Positions 1 through 17,703 of a stretch of DNA of 64,000 nt are shown piece by piece. Position numbers and translations under genes: made by a program. The stretch lies in assembly GCF_009914755.1 (NCBI RefSeq), contig NC_060932.1; one strand, given 5' to 3'. The notes beneath the pieces are model-generated. The model saw only the letters and a program-made list of their open reading frames with translations, was not told the DNA's origin and ran no database searches. The stretch's first letter is position 1; every line of letters begins with the position of its first letter. This stretch comes from the human T2T-CHM13v2.0 reference genome, Homo sapiens.

Positions 1-99
1 TTCTCTCCCCACCTGCCCCCATCAAGGAGCAGCTCTGTAATTTAAGTAAGAATAACTTCTGCATCATCACAGATAGGCTCACAATTCACTTGACTGGCA

Positions 100-420
100 G
101 AGGGTTCCCACCTCTTACCCCAGTAATTGATCCAGGGATGGGCATGTGCCTTAATTCATCCAGCCAAGCTTCTGTAGGGAGGGAAGAAACTTTCTTTTGC
201 TCTGGCTGGCTTGTTGTTGACATGTGGAACATCCTGCTGGCTATTTTGCTAGCGTGTGTAGAAGAGACTAGAGCTGAACAACCCGAACAAATGGTGCTAA
301 ATCCCTGATCCTGCTCAACCTGCAGCCCCACCCTCACCTTGACTTTTCAGTTACATGAGGGAATAAATCCCCTTTATGGGGTAAAGTAGGTTATTTGTAA
401 CTTGAAGCAATGTGACTGAC
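100..420 (+). mobile_element. Old MaLR LTR fragment (MLT1K/L-like)
   Basis: 3' end 'gacttttcagttacatgagggaataaatccc...tttgtaacttgaagc..tgactgac' resembles MLT1 termini; heavily diverged. Confidence 0.55.
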
Positions 421-2399
421 CCAGAGGTCACAGTTGCTCCTACCTCCGTGTCCCTGCTCAGGCTGTCCCCACTGTCCAGAAAACCACCCCACCCTGCTTT
501 GCCGATGGCTCTTACTCATTCTCTAGGGCTCAGCTGGTGCTGACTCCTGGAGGAAGCCCTGCCCTCTCCTGGGGTGAGTTAGGGGCCTCTCCTGGCTCCC
601 TAGGGTCCTGGCTGCACTCTGTCTGTGCTCTTCACACATATGTCTCCTCCCTGGACTGGGAGCAATGTGAGGATGGAAACTCAGCCTCACTATGGCAGTG
701 ACCCTGTCACCCGTGCACACACTCAATGCTCAGTGGAGGCTTGGGTCATGAAGAAACCCAGAAATGAATGAAGGGAAACAAAACGGCCAACAGTCCAGAG
801 GGAGAACTCAGAAAGAAAGCACAGACTCTGAGTCACATTTCCATTCTCAGCAGCCTGTCCCACACTACTCACTGCGTGACCATGAACAAGTCACCTAGCC
901 CTTCCGAACCATCCCTTCAATGGGAAAAACGGATTGATAACACAAATTCTGCTCATTTCTCGGGGCCGTCAGCCCATCAAGGTTGTCCATTCATCTCATT
1001 CATTGACTGCATATTTGCTGGTCCTTGCGTTCTCCAGGCCCTGGACAAGGTGGCTGGGGTGCATCGTAAAAGGATCTAAGGTAGGCGCCTCCCAGGCATC
1101 AATAGGGCCCCAGACCCTGTGGAGCAAAGGAGGCCTGTATGGCTGGATCAGACACAGTGTGGAGGAGAGGAGTGGGTGGGGGGTGAGGGGGAATCTGAGC
1201 ATGCAGCTGGGGTGAGAGTGTGTTGGGCCAGAGAAGCCACAGTCAAGACTAAGTTTTCTCTGGGTGACATAGAAACCTGCTGGTGGGGCTGAGCAGAGGA
1301 ATGCCATGGTCTTACTACATTTGCCTTTATAATGAGCAGGGCCTAGGACACCCTTGCCCTTAGTGCCTCTGCACCCCTAATGCCAGGGCAGAGATGAGTT
1401 CCCTGAAACAGATGACTGTTGATCCGTGTTGATCAAACAAGGCTCTGGATGAGAGGTCAGGTTTCCTACAATGTCCTGCCTCTGCGTGAGAGATATTAAT
1501 GCTCTAGGCTGCTGCTAGGGATGGCGTGAGAGGCAGGGCAGAGGGCAAGGTTGTGCTGCACAGGTTGTGGGACTGTGACAGCCTCCTCTCCTCTGGGGCA
1601 TCCTGCAGCCACACCTCCAAGGCCAGGGCACTCCCCATAACCATCAGAGGCTTCTGAGCTGGTATCATTTAGCGCTTTCCAAAGCCCTGGATAAAACTGC
1701 AATGGAAAAGCAAGAACACCGCTATACCCCTTCCCTGGCTGCAGGGAAGAAACCAGGACTGCATGTCTTCTCCGTGCTCTAGCAAGCGTGGGGCAGCCTG
1801 CAGGCATGGGGGAATGCCAGCCCTGGCTCCCGGAAATGACATCTGGGCCAGGACGCCACAGACCAAAGATCTCTGCATGTCAAGTGTGCGGTGAGGGAGG
1901 CCGGGCCCCCCAGAACAAGGAGAAAGAAGAGAGGGAGCAGGGAAGGATGGGGAAGGAGGGAAGCTGGCTCCCTGTCCTCTGCCAAATGGCAGTCATTTCC
2001 CAGCCACATGCTCAATACGAGGAGGCATGAAGCACCTGCACACAACAGAGCTTAGCGGGGTCACCAGCACAAGACTGACAAATGTCAGCACACTTTTGGG
2101 GACTGAAAAGTAAGAATTTCCCTAAGGAGAGTCCCTAATGAAGATAAACTCCTCTGGCAATAGGGAGTTGAGGGGCAATGACCAGAGACTGAGAGAACTG
2201 TGTGAAACTCCTGGAAACACAAATGAAGGAACCACACGGGGTTTTGAACCTGTAGTAAATACCCACTGAACGGGATGGTAGTAAATACCCATCACAGGCT
2301 GGGATGCCCTCCCAGCCCTTCACACAGCCCCTGGCACTATGGTCACTAGAGAAATGCCTGAGCGAACTGTGCAGGCTGTTGGCAAAATTGACGCTTTCA

Positions 2400-2560
2400 A
2401 TACAGAGTGGCCACAACTTTCCTCATGTGATCCCCAAGCCACCAGGAGAGGTGGGTAACCCTTACGCTTGTCTCCCTGAAATGAAAAACTAAAACCCAGA
2501 GAAGGCAAGTGACTTATCCAAGGTCACACAGCAAAATGGTAGCAAAGGCAGACTCCTGCC
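2400..2560 (-). mobile_element. MIR
   Basis: 'gaaaactaaaacccagagaaggcaagtgacttatccaaggtcacacagc' is the antisense MIR core. Confidence 0.75.
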
Positions 2561-2599
2561 TTCTCCTGTGGCTTTCTGTGTAGCCGTGGCTCATCATTC

Positions 2600-4160
<1,561 letters not shown>

Positions 4161-4746
4161 TTTCTTTGCCTCTCCATGTTCCTGTTCTTGGAGTGGTTGC
4201 CTGTATGTGTCACGGGCGTGGCAAATTCAGAGAAGAGGATGGGGCCCAGAGAGGCCCCAGAGGTGCCGAGGCAAACCTCCTCACACCAGCCAAGTGCACA
4301 GATGGTGGGAGGAAGAGGCAGACCTGCAGGCTGGAAAGTTGCAGCTGCAGCCATGGCAGCCACCACCTCCCTGCCCCACCCAAGCGGCCCCACTGCATCT
4401 GCTTTCACTTTATGTCAGAACCTCCTGCTCCCAGGCCAGCTCTGCACAGACAGTGAGATGACTTCCAATGCAACACATCCGGGGACTTCCCATTATTGAA
4501 AAACAGATCCTCCCATGTCCTGGCCTTTGGGATCCTGGCCGGCTGGCTTCATGTATGGGCACAGGGTGGGACCAAGTAAGACCTGACCAGTAAATCTTGG
4601 ATACTTAATGGCCCTCAAACCTTCCAGTAAGAAGAATGACTCCTTTCTGAACTGCTGTCCGGCCCATGCCTGGTCACTGGACGCTTGGAACCCATTTATT
4701 CTGGTTTTGTGAAGAATTTCCTAGTGGATCATGGCCAACAGTTGTC

Positions 4747-4772
4747 AACAACAACAACAACAACAACAACAA
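4747..4772. repeat. (AAC)n microsatellite
   Basis: About 8 perfect AAC units. Confidence 0.95.
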
Positions 4773-4789
4773 AGGCATGAGAGACCTGC

Positions 4790-5310
<521 letters not shown>

Positions 5311-5969
5311 CTAAGCTTCAAGGTCCTCATTTGTAAACAAAAAGGAAAAAGTCCAGCAGAACCCTTGGCCTGTCCTACTCGCAGGGTTATTTAAAAGACC
5401 AAATGAAATCAGGCATCAAATCATGCAAACCAGTGGTATTACACAAATGATGATTCTGGCCGAATTCATTATTTGTGTGAATTCCTTGATGTGCTGAACA
5501 GCTAAATCTTCATGCTTTCTACTCCCGTGGCCAAGACCTCCCAGGACCTGCAGGAAGGAGCTCCTAACACACTGGGGGAAATGTCAGGGTTCCCAGGGGC
5601 TCCCAGACCCAGACTCTGCAACAGCCTTGCCTTGGGTCAGGAGGCAGCTGGTCCCAGAGGCTTATGTAGAGAGTCAGGCCCACCTGAGTTTGCCACCAGC
5701 TTTGATCTTCCCCAGGAAAAGGTTCCTCAAAATTGCTCTGGTAGCTCCAATTTTCCACTCTCCAATCAGTCTTTTTTCCCACACACTTGGAAACGCAGAT
5801 GCATTGTCTTCTGAAGTATCCAAGATTTACACATCCGCAGGAAAGCCTGGCCACCTCACAACCTCCGACTGCCAGTCTTGAATTGGGGGTCATCTCTTTT
5901 TTTGCATTGTTTTTTATAGTTTGCCAAAACAGTCACAGCTGCCATCCATTTGACCCTTTCAGCAGCCCC

Positions 5970-6200
5970 ATTCACTGGGTGGTGAACAGAATATGGGTAT
6001 TGGGGGTCAGCCAGATCTGGGTTTGATTCCTAAATTTCCGACCTCCTAGCTGAGAGGTCTTGGGTAGGGACCTCGTCTACCTCATCAGGCTCAGGGCCTG
6101 CACCAGCAAGATGGGGAAAATCACATCTCTTCAAAGGTTCACATGAGAGTTAAGTGCATAAATGCTTCACATTTAACAGATGCTTAATACACGGGAGTTA
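5970..6200 (+). mobile_element. MIR
   Basis: Diverged MIR head, core and tail. Confidence 0.65.
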
Positions 6201-6989
6201 CCTTCACTGTCAACTTGCAGACAAGAAAACTGAGGCTGAGGGAGGGCAGGCACCTGGATTGAGTTAAAACAACTAGGAGATGGCAGAGCCAACTTGGACC
6301 AGGTCTTTTGTATCTTTGGGATCAATGTCTAAACGTTTCTTTCCTCCCTCCTTCCTTCCCTCCTTTCCTACACACTCTGTGCTCGGCATGGGTCCCCAGG
6401 AAGAAGATGCTGTCTCTGGAAGCTGAGTGTGTGGAACTTCCACATGGAACTCTCCCAGCGCAGTCCCTTGTGCCCCTGTGTTATTACAAGGGAGTGTGTC
6501 TGACCTCCACTTTAATCCCTCATTTGGAGAATCAGCCTAATAAGAAACCTGGGCCAAGTGAGTCAGAGCTAGAGGCACCTGGTTGGAAGCCTTGCTGGGC
6601 TTTAAAAAGCCCACCCCGCCCCAGGATTCCTGCCACCTGTCCATCCCCCTGAAGCTAAGGGGTACTCCTGGCCTGATACCGCTGACCCTGGGTGATGAGG
6701 CCTTCTCTTTGCTGATGTCCTTAACCCTCCCTGCTCCCTGGGTATCACGCACTGGGAATTGTGATGGGAGACTGTTCAGAAACATTTAAGAACTCAGCAA
6801 ACTTGTAGCTATGATCAACGAATAAGGCTAGAAGCTAGAGTGGTATCTGCAATCCACATGGCTCAAATACCATATTGAGAGTTGCATCAATCCTGCCTGC
6901 ATTCGAGGGTTCTCAGGGCACCCTGTTTCTTGCTGCCAGCAGGGGTTCCTATGCTGGCCACTGTCTACAGGAGTGAGAGTTTGTTCCCA

Positions 6990-7375
6990 CTCGCTGTGTG
7001 CTTCCCCTAACTGCAGGGGCTGGAAGCCTGGGAACTACATTTCCCAGCATCCCTGTCCATAGTGCTTTGGAAATAGTTGAGATCTGACCAGTGATAGCTG
7101 GGACGGGCAGGTGGGCGAGGCAAGAGCCTTCCTTCCTCTGGCAGTGGTAGAAGCTGCTGTGTAGCTGCCCCAGAATCTGGACTCCAGAACCTGCCTTCTT
7201 CTACCTCCAGGCAGTGGGGCAGCTGCAGATTCTGCCCTGACTTCCTGAAGCTTCGTGGCCTGTGGGCCTCAACCTGAAGCATTGCAGCCCAAACCCTGGA
7301 GGTCCCCCATTCTCACTGCCCTTCCAAGAACTTCATAAGCACCTGGATCCCCGAATCAAATCCTCACGCTTCAAG
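6990..7375 (+). mobile_element. ERVL LTR fragment (LTR33A/LTR41-like)
   Basis: 'gcaggggctggaagcctgggaactacatttcccag' and the 3' 'ttcataagcacc...atcaaatcc' resemble this LTR group. Confidence 0.5.
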
Positions 7376-8762
7376 CTGCTGCCTCACTTCAGTCCACAGA
7401 TGTGGAAGCTGAGCTCAGAAACGGGAAGTGACTTTTCCAAGGATACACAGGAAAAGTGCACCAGGGCTAAAGAAAACCAGATGCCCAAGTCCCAAGACCC
7501 GCTTGACTCCTTAGAAAAAACCTGCTGTATTCTACAGGGTGGCTACCCCGGAGTAGGTGTTCTTCCCATTCCCAGGGGCAGGATCTTAGGAGGTGTCATG
7601 GGCTGCAACTGAAAAGAGAGAGAGGGTGGAGCTTTGGGGAGGAGAGAAGGTCGGGAGTTGGTTTAGCTGCTGCCACAAGGGGTGGGGGGCTGTTTGCGGT
7701 GACCCCCAGGAAGTTACATGGGCTGCTGAGCCTCAAGTTCCTCATCCATAAAGCGGGGGTTAAAAACCATCCCTACTTGAGGTGACTGCATAGAGCAGTA
7801 ATGTGTCAACACTGAGGACACCTACCATCACCTTTGTCTTTTCTATACTGTGTTCTAAGCACAATACCGGTGCACATTGGCTGGGCCCACAACAAGCTCC
7901 CGATGAAGGTACTGGGTATCATCTCCAGCTTTCAGAGCTGGGACAGAGGCCCACAGTGGTCAAGCCACCTACCCAAGGCCCTCGGCCGGTAGGTGTAAAG
8001 TCAGGATTACGGCCAATGCAGAATCCCAACTTCACACCTACTGGTGTGAAGTGGATGGTGCCAGGCTGAGGTCGGCCCCTGCCCTGGGCCTCCTTGCTGT
8101 CTGAGCTGTGGAAGAGGAACCAGCCTATCCCCACTCCATGGTGGCACTGTGAGCACTGAGTGGGCTTTGTGTGTGGCGCAGCTCAGGGCCTGGCAGGGGC
8201 GAGTGTGAGCCCTCCCTTCCCTTGTTTTGTTTTCTCCTTCCAGCTGGGCTCCACCCGCTCTGAGTCACCCCTGAAGCTGACAGCTGTGCTCTCATGGCCG
8301 AGCCAGGCCTGGACCCACTCAACGCCGCTCTCCTCCCCTGGGTCAGGAAGGATCAGCCGTGAGGGGAGCCAGACCCGTTTCCCTCCAGAAAACATCATCC
8401 AAGAGAAACAGGGCCACAGTGAGGTGAGGCCTGAGAGGAGGTCCTGGCCACTGCAAGGTAAACAGGTGATGACAAGCTCCCTGTCAATGGCAGGACTGGG
8501 GTGGACATTTCTCTCCTTATGTCGATTAAAAAAATCAGTCTCGAATGAAGCCAGCCAGCCAGCAACTGTGCTGCCCTGAGGCTCCCTGCGCCTCCCAGGA
8601 GAGGAGAGAACACCCACCCCCAACCCCAGGGACAGCAGCCACGGAGCACAGCGTGACTTGGGCCACTTCAGAAGCCGAGGCCAGTCAGCTCCTCATCTGT
8701 AAAATGCAACAATGATCCCAGCCCCTGCTCACCTAGACTTGGCTAATTGAACAAATTAATGA

Positions 8763-9084
<322 letters not shown>

Positions 9085-9514
9085 TCATGTTACTAATAAT
9101 CTTGAATATTTAACACATATTGGAAACAATACTATTGGTATATATATATATATATATAGTGCTTAGAACAATTCCTGACCATCACAAAAGAATATTTAAC
9201 ATTAACATTAGGAAAATGTCACCTACCCAGGATCATCATTCCTCTGAGAAATTCAGAACTGCATATGTGTGTGTGTGGATAATGGCTAGTGGGGTTGAAA
9301 ATGAAGAAGAAATGGCATGTGTGAGTTTCACACCTACTACATGCAGACCCTTTACATACAGCATCTCACTTTGTCTTGGCAACATCTCTGACTTGGACAC
9401 TGCCAAGCCCCTTTGTGGATTCTCGCTCTTGCTTTCATTCTTTCATTTGACAATTACTCACTGGGCTCCGGCCATCTAGCAGTTGCTGTCAAGTGCTGAA
9501 CAAAACAAAGGTTA

Positions 9515-9894
<380 letters not shown>

Positions 9895-9922
9895 TTATTA
9901 AGGAATCACACAAAAGACCAGC

Positions 9923-10480
9923 TGTGATGGTTAGATTTAATGTATCAGCAGGCATGTGGCTTGCCCCTGTCATCCCAGCTATGTGGAGGCTGAGGCAGGA
10001 GGATCACTTGAGTCCAGGAATTCAAGGCTGCAATGAGCTATGATCATACTCCAGCCTGGGGGAGCGAGACTTATCTCTAAGTAAATAAATAAATGTAATG
10101 AGCCAGCTTGGCTAGGCCATGGAGTCCAGTAGTTTGGTCAGACACTCGTCTAGGTATTTCAGGGAAGGTAGCATGCAGATGTGGTTAAGCTCTCCAATCA
10201 GTTAACTTTAAGTAAAGGAGATGAATGCAGGTGGGCCTCATCCAATAGGTTGAAGGCCTTAAGGGCAAAAACTGAGGTTCCCTGGAAAAGAAGAAATTCT
10301 GCCTTAAGATTGTAACAGAGAAGTCAAGTCCTGCCTGAGATTTCAGCCCTCTGGCCTGCCCACCAGGTTTTGAACCTGGCAGCCTCCACAACTGCCTGAA
10401 CCAGTTCCGAAAGTTGAATCTCTTAATATGCATACACAAATATGGGATAGGCTCTGCTCCCCTGGAGAGCCCTGACTGGC
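9923..10480 (+). mobile_element. MLT2 (MLT2D-like) ERVL LTR containing an Alu monomer
   Basis: Starts TGTGATGGTTA; internal 'gtgggcctcatccaataggttgaaggccttaa...gaagaagaaattctgcc'; ends 'ctggagagccctgact'. Confidence 0.85.
9948..10095 (+). mobile_element. Alu monomer (FRAM/FLAM/AluJ arm)
   Basis: 'ggaggctgaggcaggaggatcacttgagtccagg...tccagcctggg' plus (TAAA)n tail. Confidence 0.85.
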
Positions 10481-10769
10481 AGCCTTCAGTGCCACGAGCA
10501 GAGGGCGTAAGAGGGACTGGCTGATGTCTGGGGGAAGTGGTAGTGACTGAGGGTCCACAGGGTGGACAGGTGATTGGGCAGGGAGTGTGAGAGCCTCCCA
10601 GGCAGGGGAAGCTACAGGTATGAAGGCCTGTGGGGACAGGAGGTGAGTCCAACGAACTGAAAGAAAACAAAGTCAAGTGGATTGGAAGACTGCAGCGGCA
10701 CTGGCAGACGGGGGGGGCCAGGCAAGGTCTGGTGGCCCCCCTAAAGTCTGGACAACCTCCTGGGAGCCA

Positions 10770-11112
10770 CAGGAAGCCCTGGAGGAAGGCCAGAGGGAGA
10801 GAGGGAACTGGGGACAGGCAGTGACTGCCTTGGCGCCCTCCCTGTGGGACAGCCAAGGGCTGATGGTCCCTTGCTCCTGTCAAATGACCCCATCCACACA
10901 TTAGCTGTGTCCTGGGGGTCTCAGTAAGTCTATGTCCTCTTGTCCCTTCAGCCCTAGGGTTGGAAACAGTCCCACCATTTCCAGCCCCAGGGACTGCACC
11001 ACACTTGCTGTTTCCTACACCACACTATGACCTTGTGAATGACCTTTCAACTCAGCTCCCCTCCACTGCCCACTTTGAATGCACCATTTGTGTCCTGCCA
11101 GCACCATGACCA
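10770..11112 (+). mobile_element. LTR33-like ERVL LTR
   Basis: 'tgtcccttcagccctagggttggaaacag...tttgaatgcaccatttgtgtcctgccagcaccatgac' matches the recalled LTR33 3' half. Confidence 0.65.
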
Positions 11113-14100
11113 GTCCAGGTGACCCCGCAGACCTAACTCCAAGGGGCACAGCTGACAATGTGGTCTAAGCAATGAGTGCCCCAGGAGCTGTGCCCCACAG
11201 AAAGCCATGCCTCCCGCCCCTCCCCGGACACCCCTCTGAGGCGCTGGCCACCTCAGAGGATTTGCAAGAAGCACGTGGGTCAGCTGGATGCCCTGAGCCC
11301 TGGCCTCCCCTCCACCTTGGGTAGCTGCTCTCGCTAGAATCTGCCCAAACTCTGCTCCAACTGCTGCTGGGGCACTCACCCATCGGGAGATTTCATCCTC
11401 AGGCTCATGACACTGATAGGGTCTTTGGCAGGGATGGCACCAGGGGATCCCTTGCACCACTCAGCCAAGTTCAACACATTCCAGGTCCCACCAGGGGGAC
11501 ACTCCAAGAAGCCTGTCCCCCAAGCTCCCTGATGACAGCATCAGTCCCTCCCATAGAAATGTAGTCAACACCAGTAGAGCCAGAGGGCAAGGTCCCCTTA
11601 GCCCGCCCATGGCTGCTCCAATCAGCGCCTGTGGCTTGACCACCGCCCACTCCTGGGCCCCTCTTGGAGTTTGATCTGCTGGGTCCTCTCCTGTTGTTCT
11701 CTGACTCCTGCCGGGCTTAAATATCAAAGAATCCTCATTGTTTGATAAGCCTGCAGACAAAAGCCCATGGAATATCTCTAACTAGATCTAGTGGCCTCTG
11801 GTCCGCCCCTCCTTCTCTCCATCTCACTCCCTCCCCAACTTATCTGTGCATGCCTGACCCATCCATAGCTAATACATTTCTTGTGTGTGGATGCCTGGCG
11901 AAAGTCCCCAGGGGCTCTTCGGGCAGGCATTTGCTCTTTGGGCAGAGAAGGAAGTTGGGCTTTGAGAGACTACGCAGTATTTTAGGGACTAGCTAAAGTG
12001 CAGTTCCAGGTCCTATGAGGGAGGTGACACCATAATCCCATTTTACAGAAGGGGATGCTGAGGCCCTTGGGTATCAGTGGCTTACTCCAGGTCACATGGC
12101 TAGGAAGGGGTGAGGGCCGATTCCTGAGCCTGCTCTTCCATGCTCCACTGCCGTACCTCTCACCCAGGTACCCAAGCATGCCTGCGATGCTTCAAGAACA
12201 CAGCTGGCGGCATGCGTATCTTCACTGCTAGATAGCGAAGCCGCACACTAGGCCGGCTCCAGGATCCAGCCCAGGGCAGTTCACACGCATAAATCTGCTC
12301 AGGAGGAACCAGTGCCTCCCAAGACATGATGCCAAGGGCCTTAGTGATCCACAAGTGGCAGGTGAATGACAACCAAAGGGAGAGGGAAGGCTGTGTAAGG
12401 CAGGTGGCCATGGAGACAGGGGGCATAGCACTGATGGAGGAGGGCAGAGGGGGAGGGTAAACCAGGCCTGTGCCCAAAAAAGCACATGGTGGTGATGATG
12501 GAGACGCTGGTATGTTACAGAAAACAGGGCGCCCTTCAGAGGGGCTGCTGTGGGTGGAGCTGGATCGTGGAAGTCCTGAGGAACGTGGACTTGGGGACTG
12601 AAGGCAAAGGGGAGCCCGGCTGGCTTGTGAGCAGCAGACAGTAGTGATTGCAACTGGCACATCGTGGCTGGACTGGAGAGGGGTGCACAGGACACCCTGT
12701 GGGAGTCTAGAGAGTGGCCCAGTCTCCATGAGCATGACTTGGAAAGTCCGTTTCCTTTGGAGCCTGTTTCCCTGCTCCTTTCTGCATCGGCGCCTGCCCA
12801 TTTGCCCCACAGCCCAGCAGTGCCAGCAGCTTGGGAGAACCCTTCGATGTGCTTGCAAATCTTCCTCTTTGCACCTTAGTGCCTCCTGCTTGTTCCTTTG
12901 CTGGGGAAGTCGGGGAAAAAAAAGATTCTGCTGAAGCACAAATAGTGGCTCAGAGTAGGCAGTGTGGAGAAGTGCCCCAGAGAAACACGATTAACCAGGA
13001 TTAGGGTCACATGAGAAGGAGGCGAATATGTTTTCATATTCATAGCCTCACAAAAAGAATTTAAATCCACAAATCTTCTTATGTGTGTGGATCGAGGAGA
13101 GCTACATTTGGAGTCCTAGGATAGCCAAATGACATTAGAAGCGTGTAACGTGGCTGGGAATTCCAGGGGTTGCACTATGCGCGCACCCAGGCTCACACCT
13201 GTCCCAGAAGAAAGGATTTCCCCCCATTTGGGTGGTGCTGGAGGCTGATAAAGAAGAGACAATTCAGAGCTCCTAATGCCCCTTACACCTGCCCTCAGGC
13301 ATCTGTCGCTGGTTCTAAAACCCTCAGCATAAAGGAAGGGCTGGAGGTGTGGCCGCTCTGGAGCCGAGATTCACAGTCTGACACGTGGCTTAAAGAGGCC
13401 CTTTCTCCCTAGTCCGTGACTTCATGGAAATATTTTAATGCTACTGATTTTCAGGGGCATCCAGGAGGTGCCTGAAGGAGCTGAGGGGCAGCCTCTAGCA
13501 GTGTCCCTAATGGGGATTAAGATCACGTTATAAACCCAGCTACTACAATGGCGAGGCATGCAGCACCCTCCAGGGTTCCGGGATGGGTGGGAGCGTCAGG
13601 CGACAGCAGGCATTTCGCATGAACCATCCCATCCCTACACACTGAAGGTTGGAGGGGTGTCACGGTGTCCAGTTGGATCACAGGATTAAACTGCCCTGGC
13701 CCAGGCTCAGCCCCACCTCCATACCTGGGCCCCAGAGGAGAGGAAGAGTAGCTCTCATCAGAAAGGGCCCAGCAGTCAGGAAAGGAGGGAGACCTTGCCC
13801 TCTTGACCAGGGGCTGCCAAGCTGTCCAGTGGGAGGAGCGAGAACATGGGTGGCCGGAGCATATGGGCAAGGATCGGCACCACGGGGTCAGGGCATGCTC
13901 AGAGCAGCTGAGGCCTGGCAGCCCTGGTGAGGCTCGGGATGGACGATACGAGGGGACACTGGGCAGCTTGGACCAGCAGAGGCCCAGCAAGCAGGTGGGA
14001 GAACAGAGGCCAGTTCTGACCAGGAGGCATTCCCAGAGCCTGTCCCTGGGGGTCAGGAGGCGTGGACCATGGAGAGACTGAGATACTAGTATTGATGTCT

Positions 14101-14281
14101 CCCCAAGTGCACCCCCAGCTCATGAGTCCTGGAGATGGCTGGGGAAGAAAGCACTGGGTCCTGTCCCTAAAGTGCACCAACTCTGTGCCAGGCTCCAAGT
14201 CAGCACTTCTCTTAGGTTGCTTGTTTGACCTCAACAGCTTTACCAAGGGGTGGTATGTTCTCTTTCAAAGTGAAGAAATGG

Positions 14282-14623
<342 letters not shown>

Positions 14624-15392
14624 CTAAGAATCTACCTTTCGGCCTCAGCTGGTCTCTCTGGATGGCGCCCATACCCCACCTCGGGGAGCGTCCATGCGGC
14701 AGGGGGAGTTCACCTCCACTCAGCCCTACTCTGCCCACTCTCCCCACAAAGTGATCATGAGTGCTCCTCACCCTCCGTCCAATAAGGAGGCGACTCTGGC
14801 AGGAGAGATAAACTGAGCTACGCCGAATGACTGCTGGGAATGGCCAAACACCCTCATGGCCAGAGGTGCTAGAGACAGCTCTGTCCCAGCTCTGTCTGAG
14901 CTGGCCACCAGGTAGGCATCCAACACTGGGAGTGTGCCTCCCATCCCACACTGCAGTCCTTTCCGGGACCTCCCAGGGGTGGGAGGACTGGACGCATTGT
15001 CCCCAGCTGATCATTAGAAGGCCTCCCACATAGGGAACACAGCATTTTAAAAACATCTTGTTCTGCTCAACTTTAAAACACACAAGTCTCATTTTATCTC
15101 CTCCCACAATGCAGTGATAAGAGGTGGGCCTTGCCAAGGCTGGCTGTACTGCTTGGGTCTTGGAGAGAAACGAAGACTGGAAGGGCAGGAGGTCTAGGGA
15201 CGGCGATGGCAGAATGTGCCCAGCACTGGCTAGAGACCGCCATCTGAATTCCAGCTGTAATGCTTGGCCAGCTGGCTGAGCATCCTGGGGTGGGTGGAGG
15301 GTGCACATGAGTTTGCATGTGGGGGATGCTGTGTATAAGCCTCAGCTCCCTTCAGATGTACAGAATGGGGCAGGAGGAAGAAACATGATCTA

Positions 15393-15789
<397 letters not shown>

Positions 15790-16273
15790 CTAAATGACCA
15801 ACACCACCCTTTATCCAGGAAGACGCTGGCAGGCACATTTTGCAAGCATGTCTGAGTGTGTGTGTGTTATGCACTAGAGCTACAAAGCAAACATTAATAG
15901 CTTCTCAGTGAAGAAAAGGGATAATCAAAAACCTAGAAGGATAAATTATTAGGAAGAATTTGCTGTTTCTTATTAACGCAGAGAATAAGCACAGGGTCTT
16001 CAGATTCAATTTCTATTTACAAGACCCCACAATATGCCTGGGAAGCAATGTTCTCCCTATTTTACAGGTAAGACATGCAGGCTGAGAGAATAAGAGCCTT
16101 CTGATACACTGTGCCCTGGAATCTGTTCCAAGATTCTCATTCCTATTTGTTGACTGAGGCTCAGCTTCTGAAAGTATGGACTGAGTTATCATTCCCCTTC
16201 AAACTCAGAAGAGTTCCCTCTGAGCTCAGGCTTTGTGCACAAAAAGCAGTGAGATCTTTCCCACTTTACAACA

Positions 16274-16375
16274 CTCCTGACCCAGGAATCTCATGTCTTC
16301 TGCCAGGATCCATGAAACACTAACAGGCTAACTTGTTAGTAGCAGCAGGATAAAAGCAAATCCCAGACCTTGCAG
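16274..16375 (+). mobile_element. LTR40-like ERVL LTR, 3' end fragment
   Basis: 'ctgacccaggaatctcatgtcttctgccaggatccatgaaac..caggctaacttgttag'. Confidence 0.7.
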
Positions 16376-16429
16376 CCTCTCCTGGCCTCTTCCATGCTAT
16401 TTTCTGCTTATGCCCCTACCTACCTGAAG

Positions 16430-17190
<761 letters not shown>

Positions 17191-17366
17191 TGACCCTACA
17201 CTCTCTTTCACAGTCACCTGGAAAGTAGGCATTATCCCCATCTTATAGAAGAGGAAACTGAGGCTGAGAAGTTCAGCCATTGCAATTTACCCAATTTCGC
17301 ACTTAATTTCGCACTTAAATTGTTAGACGTAGGATTCAAATCCAGACATGTGCAATGCTAATGCAT

Positions 17367-17703
17367 TGTTTGGAGACACTTCTCCATGAGTTTCTTGCAT
17401 TCCTACACATCTTGCTGGGTAGACAAAGAATGCAAGGCTCTGACTGCTCTGTACCTGGGTTGGGTTTGCAGCAACCAATCCTGAGACATGAGGTAATATT
17501 TCCCTCTGAGACAAAAAGCTGGCTTGCTTGCTGTCTGCCACAAGATGGTGGATCCCCCAAGCTCGGTGTTCCTGTCCTATATCGTAACCCATAGCATGTG
17601 TGGCATCTATATGGGCGTTCTGCCTGCTCGTCATGACACTTAGTGGGTGAAGGGGAGCAGACACAAAAGCTCATGCTGCTTTTGAACTGCGAATAATAAA
17701 GTC
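17367..17703 (+). mobile_element. LTR40-like ERVL LTR, 5' two-thirds
   Basis: Starts 'tgtttggagacacttctccatg', contains 'aagaatgcaaggctctgac', ends 'aataataaagtc'. Confidence 0.75.

Noticed and set aside
10185-10901. 238-aa minus-strand ORF
   Set aside because: Spans two unrelated LTRs (MLT2 and LTR33-like); chance open frame.
12160-12939. Longest ORF (259 aa, minus strand)
   Set aside because: No recognisable domain, non-ATG start, S/P/L/C-rich composition typical of GC-rich non-coding DNA.
13505-13620. TATA-like box with nearby GGATTA and mild CpG enrichment
   Set aside because: Too few CpGs for an island; short motifs expected by chance.
15960-16073. Possible small plus-strand exon (…ttaacgcAG / GTAAGA)
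   Set aside because: The donor lies in a MIR core where such motifs arise often; no other support.
17293-17316. Perfect 12-bp tandem duplication (aatttcgcactt x2)
   Set aside because: Ordinary slippage indel.
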